Part shown: positions 1 through 6,887 of the stretch, in pieces
How the letters are laid out: every line of letters begins with the position of its first letter
Numbering within the stretch: position 1 is the stretch's first letter
From: Chloroflexota bacterium
GTDB lineage: Bacteria > Chloroflexota > Anaerolineae > UBA4142
Length of the DNA stretch: 63,690 nt
Direction of reading: 5' to 3'
Assembly: GCA_016865935.1 (NCBI GenBank)
Contig: VGOB01000001.1
Span: 1-63,690, forward strand
The notes under the pieces: model-generated
The model's database searches: none
Told to the model about the DNA's origin: nothing
The model's input: only the letters and a program-made list of their open reading frames with translations
Position numbers and translations under genes: made by a program

Positions 1-3
1 TGA

Positions 4-177
4 ACCGATTATGCGTAATTCACCCTTTGGCGTTACGTCAAGTGGCGGACCGTCCATTTTGATAGGCTCTTGAACGTGACGAGTCCCTGAGATGCCATCG
101 GTTGACTGATTTCCGACCTAATTTGAAGTGCTGAACTCGTTCGGCGGCGAGTGTATAGCCAATTACGCATAATCGGT
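4..177. mobile_element. MITE-like insert bounded by perfect 17-bp inverted repeats
   Basis: ACCGATTATGCGTAATT at 4..20 and its exact reverse complement at 161..177. The interior is more GC-rich than the AT-rich flank. The insert supplies the 3' end and stop codon of ORF 33..452. Confidence 0.45.
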
Positions 178-452
178 AATTGAATATATGCTGACCGCTT
201 ATACTTTTTTTTCCGATTTACGAATTGCAGAATATCAACTTGGTTTGTGAAAAAATCTACCGCAACTGGGTCTTTGTCAACGTAAACCACATGTGGGAAG
301 TAAAAAGAAGGTGTGATGTGGATGAAACAGCCTGGGTATAGTACTTCACCACAAGCGTAATTTTCGCTAATAAACTTAAACAATCCGACTCTCTCAAATT
401 CAAAATCGCCATAATACTTTCTGTACAAGTCAATTGTTGAATCATTTTTCAT
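33..452 (-). CDS. hypothetical protein, probably disrupted; the N-terminal part resembles a small class-I SAM-methyltransferase-like family
   Basis: 139-aa ORF in an AT-rich stretch unlike the rest of the window. Motif YPGCFIHITPSFYFPHVVYVD. Residues after ...SAYIQL are encoded by the IR-bounded insert 4..177. Confidence 0.4.
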   Translation of the reverse strand: MKNDSTIDLYRKYYGDFEFERVGLFKFISENYACGEVLYPGCFIHITPSFYFPHVVYVDKDPVAVDFFTNQVDILQFVNRKKKYKRSAYIQLPIMRNWLYTRRRTSSALQIRSEISQPMASQGLVTFKSLSKWTVRHLT

Positions 453-475
453 ATAGTGCGTTATTCATCTTGGAC

Positions 476-622
476 AGGCGGGCTAACGGTCAGGTTCAGC
501 CGCCCCCACCCGCCGCCGCTGGCAAGACCCGCCTGAAAAACAGACACCTTCGCAGGCAGAGCCGTGTTAGTTTAAAGCGCAAGGGTGGGGGTCGGCTGCA
601 ACCAGTGTTAGCCCGCCTTTTT
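476..622 (+). other. about 145-nt extended near-perfect hairpin ending in T5 (candidate sRNA, terminator or MITE)
   Basis: AGGCGGGCTAAC 476..487 pairs with GTTAGCCCGCCT 607..618. The inner arm CAGCCGCCCCCACCC 497..511 pairs with GGGTGGGGGTCGGCTG 583..598 with a one-base bulge. TTTTT follows at 618..622. Confidence 0.3.
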
Positions 623-678
623 GGCCTGTACAAAACCGCCGGAGAAAACCTGCGGCTTTCGCATTTCTGTGGTTCATG

Positions 679-1536
679 TCAACGCCAGAGGATCTCGGGC
701 TGCTTGTCATAAGATATTTCTTTTTTGTATGCGTATCTTGAATATCCAAAAATGCCTGCCGAATACATGCGATAGCCTTTTGGCAGATCAAGAAATCTCT
801 CGACGGCTTTATGGACATATTGGGCATAGCCGTTGATGCAGCTTCCAATGCCCTGTGTCTCGCCATACAGCATCATATATTGTTGAGCGATAATGCAATC
901 GTCCTGGGCCTGGATGTCGCCGCTCGGCGCGGCGATAAAGATCACGCAGGGCGCTTCTTTGAAAATGGGATTCAACCCCTGTTCAAAGGCTGTTTGCATG
1001 TGTTGGATATCCACTCGAATCCCCTGCAGCCCTTCGCTCATTTTGAGGTTGAAACCTTTGATTGCCTGTATCAGCCATGGGTGCAGGAGGTAGAGGAAGG
1101 ATCTGTGGGCTTCTACCACTGCTTTTTCAAGCTGTTTGATCCGGGCGCGGTCGGTGACAACGCAGTAGATCCGCTGCCGGTTATTGCCCGAGCTGGGCGC
1201 TTTTTCAGCATAGGCGACTAGCCTTTGCACCACATCCTGTTCCAGAGGTTTTTCCTTGAATTCTCTGACCGAGCGTTTTTTGCGTAAGAGCAGCTCCACG
1301 GGATCCAGCCCTTCTGCGGGCACGCTAACTTGAAAGGCACGATCGTTGCCTGTGTGATTGGATGTAATCGCCCCTTCTGGACAGATCGCGGCGCAATGCC
1401 CGCAAGAATGGCACAACGCCGGCCGGCTCACTGTTGGGGTTTTCCCGTCCATCGTGATGATCATGCTGCCGCAGATTTTGGCGCATAGGCCGCATCCGAT
1501 GCAGGCTTCCAAATCAAAAATGATGCTATTTTGCAT
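679..1536 (-). CDS. nitroreductase-family protein with N-terminal 2x[4Fe-4S] ferredoxin domain
   Basis: 285-aa ORF with ATG preceded by GGAGAT. Cluster motifs CIGCGLCAKIC and CHSCGHCAAICP are followed by nitroreductase-like sequence. Confidence 0.85.
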   Translation of the reverse strand: MQNSIIFDLEACIGCGLCAKICGSMIITMDGKTPTVSRPALCHSCGHCAAICPEGAITSNHTGNDRAFQVSVPAEGLDPVELLLRKKRSVREFKEKPLEQDVVQRLVAYAEKAPSSGNNRQRIYCVVTDRARIKQLEKAVVEAHRSFLYLLHPWLIQAIKGFNLKMSEGLQGIRVDIQHMQTAFEQGLNPIFKEAPCVIFIAAPSGDIQAQDDCIIAQQYMMLYGETQGIGSCINGYAQYVHKAVERFLDLPKGYRMYSAGIFGYSRYAYKKEISYDKQPEILWR

Positions 1537-1601
1537 AGGCGATCTCCATAAAGAAAAGCGCCAGCCTATGGGCTAACGGTCGCGCCCTATAATTAGAAGC
1601 C

Positions 1602-2696
1602 TTACTGCTGCGTTGCGCCTGCATTTGAAGATTGGCAACAGAGCCAATAGCATGGGTCAAGATACTGCTTATAGCGCGCAATGACTTCCTTCCCCACGAT
1701 AAAGCCGCCAACCCAAAAAGACGTTTCCCCCAAGATGATCAATATCGGCGATAGAGTCAACTTGTCCTGGGTGGCGATGGGCAGAAATGGAAGAGCAAGT
1801 AACCCACCATATAGTAAAAAGGAGAGCGCGATTAGTCCTATTCCAACCCATCTTGCCTGCGCAGATTTCTGAATGGGCGCGGTTTTACTCTCGGCGGCTA
1901 AAAAACGTTTGAGGATACTTCCATAGCGATTGAGGAGTAGCAGGTCTGCGAGGCGCGGCCAAATCGAATTGAGTTTCGCAAAAAGTGCCGTGCTTATGCC
2001 GCCCATGATGTGAACCTGCTTACGCTTTTCTATCGTGTTCAACAAAGCCGCTGCAACTTTTTCTTTGGGCGTAATGGTCAGACCCATTTCCTGCCATATC
2101 GGATGAAAAGGCTGCTCGGCTTTCGTGTCGGCGGCGGAGGGAGAGAAATACGCTATTACCACTTGGCTGCCTCCCATCCTGAGTTCGCGGTTCAGAGACT
2201 CCACAAACGAGAACAAGCCCGCGCGTGTGGCAACATCGGCGCTGTAATAGGGGAAGGCCAATCGTCCATCCGCAAAGCCGCCGATGTGGACAATCACGCC
2301 GTCATTCTGTTCGCGCATGAGGGGCAGAAATGTCTGGGTTAGCAGAAACGCGCCCATGAGGTTTACATCCAACGTGCGGCGAAAGTCCGAGAGGCTATGG
2401 TTGTCAAAAGGCTTCCGCACATCAACCCCTGTAGCATTGACGACTATATCTACCCTGCCGAAGGCTTCACCGACGAAATCTCGAAGGGTACTGAGGCTGG
2501 CAGGGTCGGTTAGATCCATCGAGACTGTTCGAGCGTTTACACCCAATTCAGCGGCTAGAGCATTGAGGGCCTCGGTATCACGGCCTGCTAAAACCAATTT
2601 TGCGCCTTCGATTGCGAAGGCGTGGGCAAAAGCAGAGCCGAGACCGCCGGTTGAACCGGCAATTACAACAACCTTATCCTGAAATCTCCTAGGCAT
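1602..2696 (-). CDS. SDR-family oxidoreductase with C-terminal transmembrane extension
   Basis: 364-aa ORF with AAGGAAGG SD. Rossmann motif VVVIAGSTGGLGSAFA. The C-terminal about 90 aa are hydrophobic (RWVGIGLIALSFLLYGGLLALPFLP...). Confidence 0.85.
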   Translation of the reverse strand: MPRRFQDKVVVIAGSTGGLGSAFAHAFAIEGAKLVLAGRDTEALNALAAELGVNARTVSMDLTDPASLSTLRDFVGEAFGRVDIVVNATGVDVRKPFDNHSLSDFRRTLDVNLMGAFLLTQTFLPLMREQNDGVIVHIGGFADGRLAFPYYSADVATRAGLFSFVESLNRELRMGGSQVVIAYFSPSAADTKAEQPFHPIWQEMGLTITPKEKVAAALLNTIEKRKQVHIMGGISTALFAKLNSIWPRLADLLLLNRYGSILKRFLAAESKTAPIQKSAQARWVGIGLIALSFLLYGGLLALPFLPIATQDKLTLSPILIILGETSFWVGGFIVGKEVIARYKQYLDPCYWLCCQSSNAGATQQ

Positions 2697-2786
2697 GTTA
2701 CCTTCCTTTGTGCTTTTGGCGAAATGGTTTGTGTTAAATTGTGCTCGTGAACTTGTGTGACTGGCAACGAGCGGGCTAACTACGTC

Positions 2787-2851
2787 TTATGCAGAATCGT
2801 TTCCGCATAACACCCCGCCGGGGGTTGTTATACAGAACTTTTTCCGTATAA
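2787..2851. promoter_or_regulatory. two 24-bp units with 6-bp inverted termini flanking a GC palindrome (candidate operator pair or small repeat)
   Basis: TTATGC-AGAATCGTTTCC-GCATAA at 2787..2810 and TTATAC-AGAACTTTTTCC-GTATAA at 2828..2851, separated by CACCCCGCCGGGGGTTG. The site lies 90-155 bp upstream of the SDR start. Confidence 0.25.
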
Positions 2852-2936
2852 GCCGCTTTAAGGTTCTCTACATTCGTCACAAAGAGCGGGACACGTCCTC
2901 GTGTCTCCGCCCGTAGGGGCAATTCAGGAATCGCCC

Positions 2937-3197
2937 CTACGAATTCTGCAAACTTTCCGGTTCCACCGGGCGCATTTCAGCCATCAAAGTCTCTGGCGCA
3001 ATATCCTGTTCGTGGGGCCAAGTGACTGCGCCAAGCAGAATACCCACTTGACGGAAGTATCGCGCGTCCTTGAGTTCGCGCATCACGCCGCGATCCAAAT
3101 AGGGCTTGAGATCGAAGATCCCCTTGCGTCCGTTCACCAGTTCCACGTAAATTCGATAATCGGAAAGCGGTTTGACAAACTTTGCATCCCAGTCCAT
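2937..3197 (-). CDS. DUF2442-domain protein
   Basis: ATG at 3197 with GAGGTGG SD (the ORF track starts at a GTG at 3218). Sequence MDWDAKFVKPLSDYRIYVELVNGRKGIFDLKPYL...TWPHEQDIAPETL is typical of DUF2442. Confidence 0.7.
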   Translation of the reverse strand: MDWDAKFVKPLSDYRIYVELVNGRKGIFDLKPYLDRGVMRELKDARYFRQVGILLGAVTWPHEQDIAPETLMAEMRPVEPESLQNS

Positions 3198-3293
3198 ACC
3201 CACCTCACAACGGAACACTATCGCTTGTCATCACTCCGCGTCGGGGCGAGTCCTTCGACTTGACTCAGGATGCCCGCCCCAACGCGTTACATT

Positions 3294-5303
3294 TTACTCC
3301 GCCGCGACCGGCATTCCGTACAACGCGTTCACGCGTTCTTCCAGCGGCTGCTTCAACAGTTCGCGCATCCGCCAATCGCCGGACTTGCCGAACTTCGCCG
3401 GATCGTACGCCGGCAGTTTGAGCGCGGCGCGTTTCGCGTCAATGTGCGCGAGCGAACGCCGGACGATTTCCATCGGGTCGGGCACGAATTCCATTTTGCC
3501 GCCGACGATCTTTTCCCAGCCCTCGCTCATAATCTTCGTCACTTCGTCGCTGTTCTCGACCGGCGAGTTGACGCCGAACAAGACGTAGACGCCCGACGCG
3601 GCAAAGTACGCGCCAATCGCCAACGCTTTTTCGCTCATCCACTCCGGCGCGATGCCGACGCCGGGAATATCGCTGATGTCGTCACCGAGTCCGCCTTCGC
3701 TCGCCATTTCGGTCAGCACGGTGAGGATGCGCGTGTTGTCCACGCACGAGCCCATATGCAAGACCGGCGGAATGCCGATCGCTTCGCACACTTCGCGCAA
3801 ACCGGGGCCCGCGTACTCCATCGCCGCTTCGCCGACGAGCAAACCGTACTTGGCATTCGCGAGCGCGCCGCAACCGGTCTGCACGACGAGAACGTCGTTC
3901 TTTAGAAATTCTTTGACGATGTCGAAATGCGCTTGATCGTGCGTCACGCGCGGGTTGTTGCAGCCGACGACGCCCGCGACGCCGCGCAGGCGACCGGTCA
4001 TCACCGCGTCGTTCAACGGACGGAACGAACCGCGCAACACGCCGCCCATCATATATCGAATGTACTCGTGCGAAAAACCGGGCACGAGATCGGAGAGGTG
4101 CGTCGGGATTTCGGTCTGCTTGCGATTCGGGTAATTCTCGATCGCGACGCGCACGATTTGGCGCGCGATGTCGAGCGCGTGATGCTCGTCGAATTCCATA
4201 TGCGTCGCGCCGCTGATCATCACTTTCGGCGAAGTCGTGATGAGTTTGGTATGGAATTTCGTGGAGAGATCGCTGAGCGATTGCATAATGCACTGCACAT
4301 CCACGACCATCGCTTCGACCGCGCCGGTGATGATCGCGAGTTCCTGGTTCAGGTCGTTCCCCGCGCTCGGAACACCTTGGCGCATCAACGTTTCGTTCGC
4401 GGTACAGCAGACGCCGCAAAGGGCGACGCCCTTGGCGCCTTTCGATTTCGCGAGTTCGATCAGTTCCGGTTCGTTCACGACGCGCACGATCATTTCCGAA
4501 AGCGTCGGCTCGTGTCCGTGAATGACGATGTTCACCTCGTCGCTCTTCAACACGCCGAGATTCACTTTCGTCACGAGCGGCGACGGCGTGCCGAACAAAA
4601 TGTCGGAGAGATCGGTCGCCATCATCGAGCCGCCCCAGCCGTCCGCGAGCGCGGTGCGAAGCGAGCCGAGCATCAAATGATCGGCGTCCTGGTCGTCGCC
4701 CATATGCGTGCGATGGAGCGTGTCCACCACTTCGCGATCCACGCCGCGCGGCAGGATGCCGAGTTGCGCCCAAATTTCTTGGCGCTTCTTCGGCGCGCGC
4801 TTGGTGTAGGTGAGTGTGCCTTTTTGCCGCGCCATATCGCCGATGGCGAGCGCGGCAATTTCCCCGGCGATCTGCTCCGGCTTTTTGCCGTCGGTCTTGA
4901 CGCCGAAATATCCGGCGACCGTATTGAGTTTGGCAAGGTCGCGCAGTTCGTACCCTTGCGACGCGCCCTCCGCGACGGCTTGCAACGTGAAGATCAGATC
5001 GCGTCCGTGATCGCTGTGCGCGGCGGTTCCGGCGGCGATGTGGCGCGCCATATTGCGCGCGGCAACCGTCGCGCGCGTCGCGCCGCAGACGCCGACCGGA
5101 TCGGGATTCGATTTCGTCGGCACGAGGCGGCACGGTCCCATATTGCAAATCTGACAGCACGCGCCTTCCGCGCCAATCGGGCAGGCGGGCATTTTGGCGG
5201 CGCGACTGAAGACCGTCGAATATCCCAACTCCTCCGCGCGTTTGATCATTTCAATCGCGGCGGGGTCAATCGTTTGTACTTTGGGTGCGGCTTCTCTAGC
5301 CAT
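3294..5303 (-). CDS. cooS: anaerobic carbon-monoxide dehydrogenase catalytic subunit
   Basis: 669-aa ORF with AAGGAGG SD. N-terminal Cys motifs CPIGAEGACCQICNMGPCRL and full-length CooS/AcsA-like sequence. Confidence 0.93.
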   Translation of the reverse strand: MAREAAPKVQTIDPAAIEMIKRAEELGYSTVFSRAAKMPACPIGAEGACCQICNMGPCRLVPTKSNPDPVGVCGATRATVAARNMARHIAAGTAAHSDHGRDLIFTLQAVAEGASQGYELRDLAKLNTVAGYFGVKTDGKKPEQIAGEIAALAIGDMARQKGTLTYTKRAPKKRQEIWAQLGILPRGVDREVVDTLHRTHMGDDQDADHLMLGSLRTALADGWGGSMMATDLSDILFGTPSPLVTKVNLGVLKSDEVNIVIHGHEPTLSEMIVRVVNEPELIELAKSKGAKGVALCGVCCTANETLMRQGVPSAGNDLNQELAIITGAVEAMVVDVQCIMQSLSDLSTKFHTKLITTSPKVMISGATHMEFDEHHALDIARQIVRVAIENYPNRKQTEIPTHLSDLVPGFSHEYIRYMMGGVLRGSFRPLNDAVMTGRLRGVAGVVGCNNPRVTHDQAHFDIVKEFLKNDVLVVQTGCGALANAKYGLLVGEAAMEYAGPGLREVCEAIGIPPVLHMGSCVDNTRILTVLTEMASEGGLGDDISDIPGVGIAPEWMSEKALAIGAYFAASGVYVLFGVNSPVENSDEVTKIMSEGWEKIVGGKMEFVPDPMEIVRRSLAHIDAKRAALKLPAYDPAKFGKSGDWRMRELLKQPLEERVNALYGMPVAAE

Positions 5304-5323
5304 ATGTGTTCCTCCTTATGATG

Positions 5324-5394
5324 TAGTCAATCAGTGATTAGTCAACTAGTCAATTGGTGACTAGTCACTAGTTGACCAATCACTAATTGACTAG
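5324..5394. repeat. palindromic repeat, GTGATTAG/TAGTCA family (copy G1)
   Basis: TAGTCAATCAGTGATTAGTCAACTAGTCAATTGGTGACTAGTCACTAGTTGACCAATCACTAATTGACTAG fills the cooS/HMA-like intergenic gap. A related copy lies at 62199..62285. Confidence 0.6.
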
Positions 5395-5720
5395 TATTTA
5401 CGAAATTCGCCGGACAATTGCAAATCTACCAAGTTCGTCGTCGTGATGCGTTGACCTTGTTTATCCCACGCGGGATCGGGCGTCGCATACGGCGATTCGG
5501 CGACGAATTGCTCTTCGCCGGGCGCGTACCCCGCGTCCGTCAACGCTTTGACGAGCGCGGCTTGCGACGTTTTGCCCGCGTCGAATTCGATCAGCACTTG
5601 TTTGAACGCGCTGCTGGCAAGAACATTCTCCACGCCCGAGAGCGGCGCGAGCAGGCGTTTGACGGCGATGACGTGATGATCCGCCCACACAGCGGGAATA
5701 GTGAGTGTGATTTGTTCCAT
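5391..5720 (-). CDS. small HMA-fold-like protein lacking the CxxC motif (WADHH in its place)
   Basis: 109-aa ORF with AAGGAGAGAGG SD. The pattern ITLTIPAVWADHHVIAVKRLLAPLSGVENV...FDAGKTSQAALVKALTDAGY matches the heavy-metal-associated domain layout. Confidence 0.55.
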   Translation of the reverse strand: MEQITLTIPAVWADHHVIAVKRLLAPLSGVENVLASSAFKQVLIEFDAGKTSQAALVKALTDAGYAPGEEQFVAESPYATPDPAWDKQGQRITTTNLVDLQLSGEFRKY

Positions 5721-5745
5721 TGTGATCCTCTCTCCTTATCAAATC

Positions 5746-6037
5746 AATTTTCGATTTTCGATTTCAGATTTTCGATTGGAGAGCTCGCCGTTGTCATTTC
5801 GAGACGCTGCGCGCATACCGCCGCGCGCGCAAAGCGTGTTCGCAATCAGAAACTGTGCGCGCTTGTTCGTAGTGGGCGATTCATCGCCGCTCCGTGCGCT
5901 GAAGCGCATACTACGAACGCCAAGTTTCTGGGTAGCGGAGCGACGCGAAGCGTCTCCGGTTGCGGAATCGAGATTTCTCATCGCGAAAACCGCTCCTCGA
6001 AATGACACACGCAATCTGCAATCGAAAATCGAAAATT
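5746..6037. repeat. TTTTCGA-heptamer hairpin whose two arms are separated by a nested MITE
   Basis: Left arm AATTTTCGATTTTCGATTTCAGATTTTCGATTGG at 5746..5778. Right arm CAATCTGCAATCGAAAATCGAAAATT at 6012..6037 is its reverse complement. Confidence 0.6.
5793..6006. mobile_element. MITE-like element, GTCATTKCGAG...CTCGMAATGAC family (copy H1)
   Basis: Termini are GTCATTTCGAGACGC ... CTCCTCGAAATGAC. The interior shares GAAGCG/CGCTTC-type blocks with the copies at 22462, 22985, 50144 and 51989. Confidence 0.55.
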
Positions 6038-6042
6038 ACAAA

Positions 6043-6828
6043 TTACTTTTTCTCTTCCACAAATCCTTCCGGTTTAAAGTACTGTACCTCGCGGTACGGT
6101 CGAATCGCGTCTGCCATCGCATCGCGCGCGAGGTTGCCGCTGACGTGCAAGAGCGTGTCGCTGTAATCGTTGTCCACGCCCATCGAAGCGAGACAGGGGT
6201 AGTGATGATGCAACATCCCGGCTTCGTACTCCGCGTCGTCAATTTTCTTGCCGACGATGTTTTCCGCGACGTAGCGCATCACGCCGCATGGCGTATCGCG
6301 CTCGACGGTGACGCTCGCAATCGTCTTCGATTCCGGATCCACCGTCGCGGTGACGCGCGGCTTGCCAAAGTGATGCGCGAATTCGGAAATGAACGGATCG
6401 CTGTACGCGACGCGCTGTCCGCGCAAACTGTAACTCGTTTCCGTGAGCGAACAAAGTGGTTTGGGAAAAACGCTGACGACGCCAACATCTTTGAGCCAGC
6501 CGCGCAGTTGATTCATCAGCCCCTTGGGCAGCCACTCCACGCGGTCAACCGGCGCGATCAGCGATCGTGCGCCGGTCATTGCGCAGAGGTCGGGCAAGAG
6601 TTCCGCGATCCCCGGATGCTCGCCGAGCGCGAGAATCAGATCGGCGGGCGGCAACTGCTTGGGCAAAAAGTCGGCTGGGTCGTCAATGACGATCGGGAAA
6701 AACGCGGGCGCGGTCCACTCGTGCACCTCCCAATCTTTCGGACCGTGCGCGCGAATGATGCGGGCTTTGCGTCGCCCGTATTCGCCGGAAACAACAGCGA
6801 GTAATTTCACAATGAGCCAATTTTCCAA
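6043..6828 (-). CDS. DUF166-family protein
   Basis: 261-aa ORF starting at a TTG inside a repeat. A GTG at 6810 would give MKLLAVVSGEYG..., which is the typical DUF166 N-terminus. Conserved Cys contexts PLCSL, TPCG and YPCLASM. Confidence 0.7.
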   Translation of the reverse strand: MENWLIVKLLAVVSGEYGRRKARIIRAHGPKDWEVHEWTAPAFFPIVIDDPADFLPKQLPPADLILALGEHPGIAELLPDLCAMTGARSLIAPVDRVEWLPKGLMNQLRGWLKDVGVVSVFPKPLCSLTETSYSLRGQRVAYSDPFISEFAHHFGKPRVTATVDPESKTIASVTVERDTPCGVMRYVAENIVGKKIDDAEYEAGMLHHHYPCLASMGVDNDYSDTLLHVSGNLARDAMADAIRPYREVQYFKPEGFVEEKK

Positions 6829-6878
6829 TGAGCCAATGAGCCAAATGCTTTGGTAAATTGGCTCATTGGCTCATTGGT
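6811..6878. repeat. palindromic repeat, GGCTCATT octamer family (copy F1)
   Basis: AATGAGCCAATTTTCCAATGAGCCAATGAGCCAAATG ... AATTGGCTCATTGGCTCATTGG between fhs and DUF166. Other copies lie at 26167..26201 and 58555..58616. Confidence 0.6.
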
Positions 6879-6887
6879 TCATTTCGT

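Noticed and set aside
3927-5321. Long antisense or shadow ORFs opposite real genes. Examples: 3927..5321, 3682..5160, 6858..8795, 11338..13404, 11459..12988, 13927..15612, 14219..15538, 23314..24597, 24643..25770, 28550..29785, 45012..46226, 46395..47546, 50336..51463, 55425..57041, 58765..59631.
   Set aside because: Their composition is Arg/Ala/Gly/Pro-rich, typical of out-of-frame or antisense reading of GC-rich genes. They have no domain motifs, and each is fully overlapped by a gene with clear family signatures.
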